Shown piece by piece: positions 29,097-37,748 of a stretch of DNA of 64,000 bases; within the stretch, counting starts at the first letter, position 1, and every line of letters starts with the position of its first letter. A program made the translations under genes and the position numbers. The notes below the pieces were generated by a model. It made no database searches. It saw only the letters and a list, made by a program, of their open reading frames with translations, and was not told the DNA's origin. The stretch comes from an uncultured Candidatus Saccharibacteria bacterium (GTDB lineage Bacteria > Patescibacteriota > Minisyncoccia > Phycocordibacterales > DATDWN01): positions 147,587 to 211,586 of the forward strand of contig CAYXWL010000001.1 in NCBI GenBank assembly GCA_964468795.1. The letters run 5' to 3'.

Positions 29097-30791
29097 TTAT
29101 TTTTTGAAAATACGCCTATATACCCGCAAAATAACTTCGGGTATCGGGGCTACTGTTACTTTTTCTTTGACATCTTCAAATTCTTCTTCAAAGGTGTCAT
29201 CGCCGAGAGAGAAAATGTAAACACTCCATTTTCCGCCAATTTTGGCGATGTCTTTTTTGAGAGACGAGATAGAACCTTCGTCAAAAAGAATGGCTGTATA
29301 TTGCTTTTCATTCTTGAAAATTTTTATGGCCATGGTTTCCTTCACTTCCTCAAAAGTGTTTTCTCTGACACAGAGCATCTCCGTAGCTTCTCTGGTTAGA
29401 GTCTCCTTGTTTTTATCGTTTGGCTCGGCTTCTACGAAAGCCGTGCGGAAGTATTTCAAATTGCTAGGTATGCCAGTTATATCTTTGTAATCTTTATGAC
29501 CAGCGATAACAGATTTAATTCGTGGATAGCATACTTCTGTTGCGATGCCATTTTCATTGTTGGTGCAGAGAATAAATTGGCGTAATCCGTTATCTCTTTT
29601 ATTTAGCAGTGAGACAGCGTGTCCAGTAGTTCCACTTCCAGCAAAAAAGTCCAAAATCACCGCATCCTTTTTATCTTTAGCTGTGGCTAATAGACATTCT
29701 TCAACCGCATATAATGACTTTGGGAAAGGAAACATTGTGCCAGTCAGCCCATTAACCATCTTTGAACCATACTCGTTTGCATCATATTTAGGTCCAACCC
29801 AAACAGTCTTATATGGAGCCTCATCTTTGGAGCGATATATTTCAAACCTGCCTTTAGAAGTCTTCTTTATGTGCAACTCTGAAATTATTTCTTCAACAGT
29901 ATTTCTTGAATAAGACCATTTCCTTTCAATACTGTTTATGTCTATAGGCCAAACCTCAAATACACCCTTTTTTATTTCAGTAGTTTGTTTTTTGGGATGA
30001 AATTTCTCATCTGCCACTTCGCCTACACCAATAATTTTTTCGCCAGATACTATAAATGGGTAAAAACAGGTTTTTGCTGTATGACGAGGGGAATTGCTTC
30101 CGTCAACTCTGAAATTTCTCACCAGAGTTTCTTCACGAAGTGCATTACTTATATATTTTTCCTTGGCATCTGGATAAACAAAAACAGCATACTCGTGATT
30201 ATATGAAAAATTTTTACCCTGAACTCCTCGGGGATTGTGAACCACTGAAATTGAATCAACTTTTTTGCCTACAAAAATTTGTTTAAGCAGGAGTACCAGA
30301 TTAGCGTGTTCGTTTTCATCAATGGCACAAATCAGACAACCATTCTTTTTCAAAAGATTTTTCGCAAGGACCAATCTTCTCTCCATCATGCTCAACCATT
30401 TGCTATGTCTGTATGAGTCATCTTTATCTACATAATTATTGTTATATTTCCAATTTTTTGCTCCCGTATTGTAAGGCGGGTCAATATAAATAACATCAAT
30501 CTTGCCTTTATGTGTGTAGTTTAATACAGAAAGAGCGTGGTAATTATCTCCTTCAATAAGTAGGTTTGTGGGGGTATTTTTATTTTTGAAAATATGCTTA
30601 TTTTTTACCTCTTTCAAAACAGGCAATTCAGTATTGCATTGCTCAACAACATCTTCTATCTTTTCCTCCCAAACCAATCCATATTTTTTGCGTTTTCGTA
30701 AACGCTCAATTTCTGCAACAAATTGCTCTTTGGTCCAATTACCATATTTATCTGTTTCCACCACAATAGGTGATTGTAATTTTTCAGGCAT
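29097..30791 (-). CDS. mod: Type III R-M Mod subunit (beta-class N6-adenine DNA methyltransferase)
   Basis: DPPY motif IV (IYIDPPYNTG) precedes motif I (LDFFAGSGTTGHA), the beta-class order typical of Type III Mod. Confidence 0.8.
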   Translation of the reverse strand: MPEKLQSPIVVETDKYGNWTKEQFVAEIERLRKRKKYGLVWEEKIEDVVEQCNTELPVLKEVKNKHIFKNKNTPTNLLIEGDNYHALSVLNYTHKGKIDVIYIDPPYNTGAKNWKYNNNYVDKDDSYRHSKWLSMMERRLVLAKNLLKKNGCLICAIDENEHANLVLLLKQIFVGKKVDSISVVHNPRGVQGKNFSYNHEYAVFVYPDAKEKYISNALREETLVRNFRVDGSNSPRHTAKTCFYPFIVSGEKIIGVGEVADEKFHPKKQTTEIKKGVFEVWPIDINSIERKWSYSRNTVEEIISELHIKKTSKGRFEIYRSKDEAPYKTVWVGPKYDANEYGSKMVNGLTGTMFPFPKSLYAVEECLLATAKDKKDAVILDFFAGSGTTGHAVSLLNKRDNGLRQFILCTNNENGIATEVCYPRIKSVIAGHKDYKDITGIPSNLKYFRTAFVEAEPNDKNKETLTREATEMLCVRENTFEEVKETMAIKIFKNEKQYTAILFDEGSISSLKKDIAKIGGKWSVYIFSLGDDTFEEEFEDVKEKVTVAPIPEVILRVYRRIFKK

Positions 30792-30794
30792 GAT

Positions 30795-30849
30795 GACTAT
30801 GAGTACCTACACCACATAATGTATCACAAAAATAGTGGTACTCATAGTC
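30795..30849. promoter_or_regulatory. C-box-like operator: perfect 13-bp inverted repeat GACTATGAGTACC…GGTACTCATAGTC
   Basis: Arms at 30795..30807 and 30837..30849 separated by 29 nt, in the mod / C-gene divergent region; GACT…AGTC symmetry as in known controller-protein operators; ends 38 nt upstream of the HTH gene. Confidence 0.45.
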
Positions 30850-30886
30850 CGTCGCCTTATAGACATCAGACCTCTAGGCTTAAGGC

Positions 30887-31108
30887 ATGAGCAAGAGTAG
30901 CCCCATTTTAAAGAAATTTGGAAAGCGAGTAATAGAACTCCGCTTACAAAAAGGCTTCACTTCCCAAATTGCTTTAGCTAATAAAGCCAATATGGACCGA
31001 ACCTATATTGGTGGCATTGAGCGAGGTGAAAGGAATATCTCCTTGGTTAATATTGAAAAGCTGGCAAAGACGCTTGGTATCAGTTTGGAAGAATTGTTCA
31101 GACTCTAA
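30887..31108 (+). CDS. XRE-family HTH protein, controller (C-protein)-like
   Basis: 73 aa, Cro/C1-type HTH (…QIALANKANMDRTYIGGIERGERNISLVNIEKLAKTLGISLEELF). Confidence 0.75.
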   Translation: MSKSSPILKKFGKRVIELRLQKGFTSQIALANKANMDRTYIGGIERGERNISLVNIEKLAKTLGISLEELFRL

Positions 31109-31139
31109 ACAAGGTGTATTCTTAAGTGAAAAGAACGCC

Positions 31140-32354
31140 ATGATTTCTAGCAATCTAGAACGCCATTTTCATAGCTTTATTGAGGAGACAAATCTTCTTA
31201 ATTTTTCTAAAGGTTTAGCCGAATATTTGGAGTATGTATTCAGTGTGCCAGAACTAAAAAATGTTTTTTCACAACAGCTCGGGGAAAGAAATGCTGATTA
31301 TGCAAAATTGAATGAGCTTGCTGAAAAAAATCTTGCTGAAATTAAGGAGGCAAAAACAAAACTTATTAAATGTTTAAAAAAGAGAAAAATTTATATTGAT
31401 GACTTGAATCGTATTTTTACTCACCCCCACAACACAGGAAGGAATTTTTTTGAAGAGCTGGATGCTTTTGAAAAAGGAGATGGTTTGTATTCTAGTATGT
31501 CATTGGCTGATGTAATTGATAATTATCTTTTTGATATGGCAGTAAATTTACTCAATGCTGGTTATCAAGAAGATGTTGAGGAATTTTTAGCTAGACCGGA
31601 CGATTATACTGTGAATAAGGTATGTCGTAATGATTATATTATGATTGATGGTCATCCAGGGTCTTTTGTGTTCTCTAGGGCATATTTTGAGCGTCAAAAT
31701 ATGAAAAAGTTTATTGAACAAGGTAGAGTATTAAAAACTTGGGGAGAATTTGAAAAACTTTATCAATTTAGACAAGGATATAAAGAAAGCTTGGGTATAC
31801 ATGACCCTATGAAAGATTGGGAGCATGGCCCGGGAGAATTTGGTATTGATGAGGATTTGATATATATAGCCAGAATCCATAATGAATTGAATAACTTGGT
31901 AAAAAAACATGGACCATTTCCGCGAGAAGATAACCCCTTGGAATATTTGTCGCAGAGTAAATTTGTCCAACCAGTCAAAACGGTTCACAATATTTTGATG
32001 CTTGTCGCATCAAGTAACAAAAAGGAAGAAAAAAATGAATCCGGTCTTTGGATTTCTAAAAATAAGACCACAGGTGAGTATTATTTTGATGATAACAAAA
32101 TCCATTTTCCTAGCCCAAATGCAAAATATGTAAAAATTTTTGAAACCGTGTATGAAATTATCCCGAAAGGTGGTCGCATTTCTTATTCCCAAATTACTAA
32201 ATATAAGAAGTCAGAAGTGCAGAGGGCGTTGACTGGAGAAAATGCCAACTTTTTTCATTATGTTAAATCGGCAAGACGTACTCCCCAGAAAGGCATCCCA
32301 CTTTTTCATGCATCAAGCGACGGAAAAGAGCTGATTTTCAATAATCAGCGTTAA
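31140..32354 (+). CDS. hypothetical 404-aa protein downstream of the C-protein gene (candidate restriction/abortive-infection effector)
   Basis: No recognisable motifs; start taken at ATG 31140 (the longer ORF-track start overlaps the HTH gene); followed by terminator 32384..32412. Confidence 0.5.
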   Translation: MISSNLERHFHSFIEETNLLNFSKGLAEYLEYVFSVPELKNVFSQQLGERNADYAKLNELAEKNLAEIKEAKTKLIKCLKKRKIYIDDLNRIFTHPHNTGRNFFEELDAFEKGDGLYSSMSLADVIDNYLFDMAVNLLNAGYQEDVEEFLARPDDYTVNKVCRNDYIMIDGHPGSFVFSRAYFERQNMKKFIEQGRVLKTWGEFEKLYQFRQGYKESLGIHDPMKDWEHGPGEFGIDEDLIYIARIHNELNNLVKKHGPFPREDNPLEYLSQSKFVQPVKTVHNILMLVASSNKKEEKNESGLWISKNKTTGEYYFDDNKIHFPSPNAKYVKIFETVYEIIPKGGRISYSQITKYKKSEVQRALTGENANFFHYVKSARRTPQKGIPLFHASSDGKELIFNNQR

Positions 32355-32383
32355 CTCATCTCATCTCGTTTGTGGATTATCTG

Positions 32384-32412
32384 AAAAATCACCGCTCCAG
32401 TGGTGATTTTTT
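32384..32412 (+). terminator. rho-independent terminator
   Basis: aaaatcacc-gctccagt-ggtgatttt followed by a T-run. Confidence 0.6.
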
Positions 32413-32603
32413 GGCTACGAATAAAGAAAAAATATTTAAACAGAAGAATCCAGAGAAGTACAGACGACCTATCAGACTTGAAATAATGGCTTTAAGCCAA
32501 GCTTTTCCTTGTACGACTTGGAACGCCCAAAACATGCAAGCCAATTTTTTGCTTGACCTGTCCCAGGCGTTCGGGATGGTTCAAGCAAAAAGCGGGCTTC
32601 ACT

Positions 32604-32780
32604 ATGTTACCAGAAGAAGCCATTAAAGAATTTAAAATTCTTTACAAAAAAGTTTTTGGTATAGAGCTCACAGATAGTGAGGCAATTTTTCGTGCCAATA
32701 ATCTTTTGAGACTCTACAAAGTCATTTACAAGGCATCTCCTGCGAACATGGTCAAAGGAACGCAAAATGGCCAGGTATGA
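32604..32780 (+). CDS. small hypothetical ORF
   Basis: 58-aa ORF (MLPEEAIKEFKILYKK…) in the island; weak support. Confidence 0.2.
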   Translation: MLPEEAIKEFKILYKKVFGIELTDSEAIFRANNLLRLYKVIYKASPANMVKGTQNGQV

Positions 32781-33177
32781 CCCACGAAAAATTTCTCAAC
32801 ACAAAAGTTACACAATCAAAGAATTGTCAGAGCTTTTGGAAATGAGTGAAAAAACCTGCGGTCGGTGGATTGAGCAGGGGTTGCCGACTGTTCCAGGTAG
32901 CCACAAGCCGATTCTCATACTAGGTGATGATGCAAAAATTTTTATTAGAAACAGGAATATTAAGGTCGTAATTAAGTTAAAACGCCATGAGTTTAATTGT
33001 TTTAAATGTAAGTGCCCGAGACGGGCCAAGAAGGGTTCAATAGGTGTATCCGGGAACATAAAAAGGGGGTTGTGCAGTGTTTGCAACTCAAAAATGTGCA
33101 AGACAATTCACCCTACCAAAAAGGACTATAAGATACCGCCTACTCCTACACAAATGTCCATGTTTAACAATATTTAA
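32767..33177 (+). CDS. HTH + zinc-ribbon DNA-binding protein (excisionase/regulator-like)
   Basis: YTIKELSELLEMSEKTCGRWIEQGLP helix-turn-helix, then CxxC…CxxC; immediately upstream of the recombinase genes. Confidence 0.45.
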   Translation: MARYDPRKISQHKSYTIKELSELLEMSEKTCGRWIEQGLPTVPGSHKPILILGDDAKIFIRNRNIKVVIKLKRHEFNCFKCKCPRRAKKGSIGVSGNIKRGLCSVCNSKMCKTIHPTKKDYKIPPTPTQMSMFNNI

Positions 33178-33190
33178 TCTTATCACTATA

Positions 33191-34288
33191 ATGACAAATT
33201 TCAGCTACAAAAATGAGCAAATTAAGAGGCAGTTTTTTGAGCATCTAAAAGGGGCCGCTGGCTTCGCCGATGAGTCCATAGATAAGTTTGCGGAAGCGGT
33301 TTATCAATGGCAGATTTTCAGCGGAGATGAGGATTTTGAAACTTTCAATAAAGAGAAGGCATCTAAATTCTGTGAATGGCTCAAAACAAAAGAGGCAAAG
33401 ACCAGTTCTGGCAAGCTGTCTTTGCCAACCCAATATAATTATCTCCGTAGAGTTAAGAAGTTTTTCACTTGGCTTACTGAACAACCAGATTACAGAAAAA
33501 GTATTCGTAAAACAGATGTGGATTTTTTGAGATTATCCAAAAAGGATGCTCGTATTGCTACTTCCGGCACAACAAAAAGGATACCGACTTTTGACGAAGC
33601 TAGAAAGGTAATAGAAAGCATAGAAATTGAAAATGAAATTGACCAACGAGATAGGGCCATCCTTTCCTTTGCCCTTATTACTGGTATGCGTATTTCAGCC
33701 ATTTCAACTTTGAGAATGAAGAATTTTGACAGAGAAAGCGAATTGATTGACCAAAATCCTGGCGATGGAGTGCAGACCAAATATTCAAAAAAGATACTCA
33801 CTACTTTTTTCCCGATAGGATGGGATGGACCAAAAAAATACTTTCTTGAATGGTACGACTATCAACTTGCTCGAGGAGCAAAACCAAATGAACCGATTTT
33901 TCCTTCAACTAAAAAAGGATTTTCAGAAAAAAGTTTTAGCAAGACGCTTGTGAGCGAGGATTTTTGGAGCAGTTCCGGTGGTGCAAGAAAAATCTTTGAG
34001 AAAAGGTGTATAGATGCTGAAGTGCCATATTTTCATCCTCACTCTTTCAGACATTTGATTGTGTCTGTAATGAGCAAGACCAGGTTGACGGAAGAAGAAA
34101 AGAAAGCAGTCAGTATGAATCTTGGCCATGACAATGTGGGCACCACTTTCGGCTCGTATGGCTATGGTGGTATGAGTTTGCATGATGCTGTAAATATCGT
34201 TAAAAAAATCACTTTAAACCAAAATGACGATATTCAGATTTCATCGGACGAAAGAGATGTTTTGCTAAAACTATTGAAGAAATTATGA
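33191..34288 (+). CDS. tyrosine-type site-specific recombinase / integrase
   Basis: C-terminal catalytic region with HPHSFRHL (HxxR) and LGH…Y; SAM-like N-domain. Confidence 0.8.
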   Translation: MTNFSYKNEQIKRQFFEHLKGAAGFADESIDKFAEAVYQWQIFSGDEDFETFNKEKASKFCEWLKTKEAKTSSGKLSLPTQYNYLRRVKKFFTWLTEQPDYRKSIRKTDVDFLRLSKKDARIATSGTTKRIPTFDEARKVIESIEIENEIDQRDRAILSFALITGMRISAISTLRMKNFDRESELIDQNPGDGVQTKYSKKILTTFFPIGWDGPKKYFLEWYDYQLARGAKPNEPIFPSTKKGFSEKSFSKTLVSEDFWSSSGGARKIFEKRCIDAEVPYFHPHSFRHLIVSVMSKTRLTEEEKKAVSMNLGHDNVGTTFGSYGYGGMSLHDAVNIVKKITLNQNDDIQISSDERDVLLKLLKKL

Positions 34289-34305
34289 TATAATTAAGTA
34301 TCACT

Positions 34306-35925
34306 ATGAACGCCACACCAAAACTCATTTATGGTAATTATTGCAGAAAATCCACGGAGTCGGAAGACCGTCAGATGCTTTCTATTGATTCACAAATTGA
34401 TGAAGGGAAAAAGATTGCTGATACGCTGGGCATAAAAATTGCTCCAAATCATCTCCTCACTGAATCTAAATCAGCTAAAACCACAGGAAAGAGGGCTAAA
34501 TTTGAGGAGATGTTGAGAATGATTGAAAAAGGTGAAATAAACGCCATCATCGCCTGGCATCCAGACAGACTTTCAAGAAATTCCATTGATGCCGCTCGGC
34601 TTATTGAACAGATGGATAAAGGCAACCTTATAGAAATAGTAACTCCCGGCCAGGCCTACAAAAATACTCCGATTGATAAGTTTATGCTCATGCTCCAATG
34701 CAGTCAGGCCAAAATGGAAAATGACAAAAAGGGCGTTGATGTAAGAAGAGGATTGCATAAAAAAGCCAGTCTTGGAAAGTATCCAGGACCGGCCCCTATC
34801 GGCTATAAAAATGATAAATATGCAGAAAAGGGAGATAAGGTTCCTCTGCCGGACGAAGAAAGATTTCCACTTGTCCGAAAAATGGTAGACCTTATTCTCA
34901 CGGGAAATTACACAGTTGCCCAAGTCTGGAGGATGGCAAAAGATGAATGGGGTGTAACTATGCCAAGCGGAAAGAAAATCGGCAGGGCTACTGTTTACAG
35001 AATTTTTTCAAATCCTTTTTATTACGGAAAATATGAGTACCCTCTAAAAAGCGGAAATTGGTATGACGGAGTTCACACCAAATTGATGGAGCCAGAAGAA
35101 TACGACAAAATCCAGTTTCTCCTTGGTAAAAAAGGAAAACCTCGCCCAAAATCTCACATCTTTGATTTTACTGGCATGATGCGATGCGGAGAATGCGGAG
35201 CGGCTATCACTGCCGAGTTGAAAATTAAAAAACAGAAAAACGGCAATATTCATTCCTATATCTATTACCACTGCACCAAACGGGTAAATCCAAATTGCTC
35301 GCAAGGGTCCATAGAAGAAACGGAGTTGAAGAAACAAATCATTAAGGAAATTCAAAGCATAGAAATTCCGTCTGAATTTCACAGCTTTGCTATGAAGTGG
35401 TTCAAAAAAGAAAACGAAAAAGAATCCAAGGAGCAAAACTCAATCGTTGATAGCCAGCAAAGATCATATAAAGCTTGTCTTGCGAAGATTAGTGGTCTTA
35501 CCGATATGAGAGCCGGTGGAGAAATTTCAGCAGACGAATTTGCTGAAAAACGGTCCGTACTTTTGTCTGAAAAGAAAAAACTAGAGGACTTGTTTGCCCA
35601 GACCGGTAAGCGAGTAGACAAATGGGTTGAGACTGGAGACAGGATGTTTGATTTTATTGAGAACGCCAAATTCAAATTTGAAAATGGTCCGATTGAAACA
35701 AGACGGGAGATTCTTTCTACATTAGGTTCGGACCTCATCTTGAAAGACAAAATATTGAGTATTGATATAGACAATTCACTCTTTACATTAAAAAGAGTCT
35801 CAAAAACCTTGCACGGCATAAAGAAACGGTTAGAACCTGTAAAAAATGGCGATAAACAAAAAGAATTTGACCGTTTGTGCAGTCAAAATCTCGTAATGCG
35901 GAGGATAGGAGATTCGAACTCCTGA
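34306..35925 (+). CDS. large serine recombinase
   Basis: N-terminal resolvase domain (YCRKSTESEDRQ…), recombinase domain and zinc ribbon (CGECGAAIT…YYHCTKR); its last 27 nt overlap tRNA-Ser. Confidence 0.8.
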   Translation: MNATPKLIYGNYCRKSTESEDRQMLSIDSQIDEGKKIADTLGIKIAPNHLLTESKSAKTTGKRAKFEEMLRMIEKGEINAIIAWHPDRLSRNSIDAARLIEQMDKGNLIEIVTPGQAYKNTPIDKFMLMLQCSQAKMENDKKGVDVRRGLHKKASLGKYPGPAPIGYKNDKYAEKGDKVPLPDEERFPLVRKMVDLILTGNYTVAQVWRMAKDEWGVTMPSGKKIGRATVYRIFSNPFYYGKYEYPLKSGNWYDGVHTKLMEPEEYDKIQFLLGKKGKPRPKSHIFDFTGMMRCGECGAAITAELKIKKQKNGNIHSYIYYHCTKRVNPNCSQGSIEETELKKQIIKEIQSIEIPSEFHSFAMKWFKKENEKESKEQNSIVDSQQRSYKACLAKISGLTDMRAGGEISADEFAEKRSVLLSEKKKLEDLFAQTGKRVDKWVETGDRMFDFIENAKFKFENGPIETRREILSTLGSDLILKDKILSIDIDNSLFTLKRVSKTLHGIKKRLEPVKNGDKQKEFDRLCSQNLVMRRIGDSNS

Positions 35926-35985
35926 AGGGATTGCTCCCTTACCCGCTTTCCAAGCGAGCGCACTAGACCACTATGCGAACCCTCC
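35899..35985 (-). tRNA. tRNA-Ser (anticodon GGA), class II
   Basis: GGAGGGT/ATCCTCC acceptor stem, anticodon loop TTGGAAA, long variable arm, T-arm AGGAG-TTCGAAT-CTCCT. Confidence 0.7.
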
Positions 35986-36027
35986 GTTTCTATATCATGT
36001 TATAGAAATACAAAATTATTTCAAATA

Positions 36028-36474
36028 CTAATACTCGTCTATCACTATCTTCTTTTGTTTCATCATTACATTCCAACCATTTGGTTTTGCCAAAAGCTCA
36101 CCTAAATTTTTTGGAATTACCTGCCATCTTAGACCGTATTTATCTATACACCATCCGCACTGAACCTCCTTCCCTTCCTTTGTAAAATAATTCCAATAAT
36201 TATCAATCTCATTCTGATCATCGCATTCTATAGTCAAAGCAAAAGCATCGTTAAAGCTGTCATGCGGAATTTCAGTATTCATTATTGAATACTTTTGGCT
36301 AAATATGTGTGCTTCGCATATTTGTGTTTTACCGCTAGGAGTTTCTCCTATATTCTGAACATTTCCTGCAGTAAAAACTTCCCCAAAAACTTCTTTATAA
36401 TACTCAAGAATATTTGAAATATCTCCTCCGTCCACAGAAAACCACAATGATGGAACGATTTTATTTTGATTCAT
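36028..36474 (-). CDS. PhnB-like VOC (glyoxalase-fold) protein
   Basis: IVPSLWFSVDGG… and DKYGLRWQV signatures of the PhnB/3-demethylubiquinone-MT-like family. Confidence 0.55.
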   Translation of the reverse strand: MNQNKIVPSLWFSVDGGDISNILEYYKEVFGEVFTAGNVQNIGETPSGKTQICEAHIFSQKYSIMNTEIPHDSFNDAFALTIECDDQNEIDNYWNYFTKEGKEVQCGWCIDKYGLRWQVIPKNLGELLAKPNGWNVMMKQKKIVIDEY

Positions 36475-36504
36475 ATTGATATTATATTATCACTGATCAT
36501 ACCT

Positions 36505-36542
36505 CAGACAAAACAAAAGGAGAGTGGCTGTCCCACTCTCCT
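36505..36542 (-). terminator. terminator of the GC-rich Nudix gene
   Basis: aggagagtgg-ctgtc-ccactctcct stem followed on the minus strand by a U-rich tract. Confidence 0.55.
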
Positions 36543-36555
36543 ACTAAATCTATTT

Positions 36556-37071
36556 CTACTGCGCCAAGATGCCGATCTTCACCTTCCCAACAAGTTCTCT
36601 CTGCCCTGGCCCATATGTAGCCTGAATACTCATTGGATAGACCGAGTAGTATTCGATACTCGAAAGGATCTTTGGCAACCATTCCTTATCTCCAGGCAAA
36701 AGAAGCTCTGGAGGAAATTTGGGAATGTCGCTCCATGAGTACTGCTTGGGATTTGTCATGGTGCTGGTTGGCCTTATCTTGCCGAACCATGCCAATGCAA
36801 GAAGGATGTGAACCTTCCAGGCAGAAGTCGTACCGTCCTGCTCTTGGTTATTGAAAATTCCGCGAGCAACGTACAGAAGATCGTTTGGACGCACTTCTGC
36901 CCCAGCCGTTTCCTCTTTGAACTCTCGACATGTGGCACTAATCGGATTTTCTCCGACCTCCATCTTGCCACCATAGCCGTTGAGCCTACCACTTCCCACC
37001 TTGCCAACTTTCTTGGCAAGCCAGATCTTTTTCTTTACTTTGTCTATCGGAAAAACCAGAACTGCTTCCAT
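36556..37071 (-). CDS. Nudix hydrolase (about 50% GC cassette with its own RBS and terminator)
   Basis: Nudix box GGKMEVGENPISATCREFKEETA; GGAGGAGG RBS. Confidence 0.75.
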   Translation of the reverse strand: MEAVLVFPIDKVKKKIWLAKKVGKVGSGRLNGYGGKMEVGENPISATCREFKEETAGAEVRPNDLLYVARGIFNNQEQDGTTSAWKVHILLALAWFGKIRPTSTMTNPKQYSWSDIPKFPPELLLPGDKEWLPKILSSIEYYSVYPMSIQATYGPGQRELVGKVKIGILAQ

Positions 37072-37097
37072 ATCTGCCTCCTCCGTAAGATAGACTA

Positions 37098-37694
37098 CTA
37101 TACTAAAATTGAAAATGCTACAACCTTGTTTCTGCCGGAGTTTTTTGCCCTGTACATGGACTCATCTGCATTTTTTATCAATTCATCGTATGAAATATCG
37201 GAGTTAGAGCAGGCCACACCACAGCTCAGAGTAACACGAAGTTCCGGATCAAAATCAAAACTTAGCTCTCCTACTTTTGAGCGGATCTGCTCTGCTTTTT
37301 CTATGGCATCCTTTTCAGTTGCCCCTACAAGCGAAACCACCATCTCCTCTCCTCCCCAGCGAGCAACCGTGTCTCCGTCCCTCACAGAATCTTTTATTGT
37401 TTTTGCAATAGACTTTAATACCAAGTCGCCATTGTCATGGCCGTACGTATCATTTATCTTTTTGAAATGATCTATGTCAATAAATAAAATACTCAAGTTT
37501 ATGAATCCAAACCAGTTCTGCCTGTTGCCCTTTTTTACGCCTTCAATAGCTGAAATGTACGTCTTTGTTTCTTCCTCGAAAAAAGCCCGAGTCTTGAGAT
37601 TTGTCAGCGAATCGTGCACCAAATCTCTTTCAAGTTCTCTGACTCTCTTTTCCAGTTCTGCTATTTTTTCTAAATAAGCTTTTTCGTCTTCCAT
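37098..37694 (-). CDS. coiled-coil GGDEF-domain protein (diguanylate cyclase-like, GGEEM variant)
   Basis: GGDEF domain with RWGGEEM active-site variant preceded by a short coiled coil. Confidence 0.75.
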   Translation of the reverse strand: MEDEKAYLEKIAELEKRVRELERDLVHDSLTNLKTRAFFEEETKTYISAIEGVKKGNRQNWFGFINLSILFIDIDHFKKINDTYGHDNGDLVLKSIAKTIKDSVRDGDTVARWGGEEMVVSLVGATEKDAIEKAEQIRSKVGELSFDFDPELRVTLSCGVACSNSDISYDELIKNADESMYRAKNSGRNKVVAFSILV

Positions 37695-37748
37695 TAAATT
37701 ATATTACCACGAAAGTTAAACACTGCAGATAAATCAATTTTGCTTGTT

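Larger units (their letters stand above)
21626..35985. mobile_element. putative integrated element / genomic island (about 14.3 kb) inserted at tRNA-Ser(GGA)
   Basis: Bounded by tRNA-Ser(GGA) (overlapped by a serine recombinase gene) and a degenerate direct repeat of the tRNA 3' end; carries tyrosine and serine recombinases, an Xis-like HTH, a Type III R-M pair, a C-protein module and a nucleotide-processing operon. Confidence 0.45.

Noticed and set aside
31008-31139. N-terminal extension of the 404-aa ORF (ORF track 31008..32354)
   Set aside because: It overlaps the 3' end of the HTH gene in another frame; an internal ATG at 31140 just after the HTH stop gives a non-overlapping gene.
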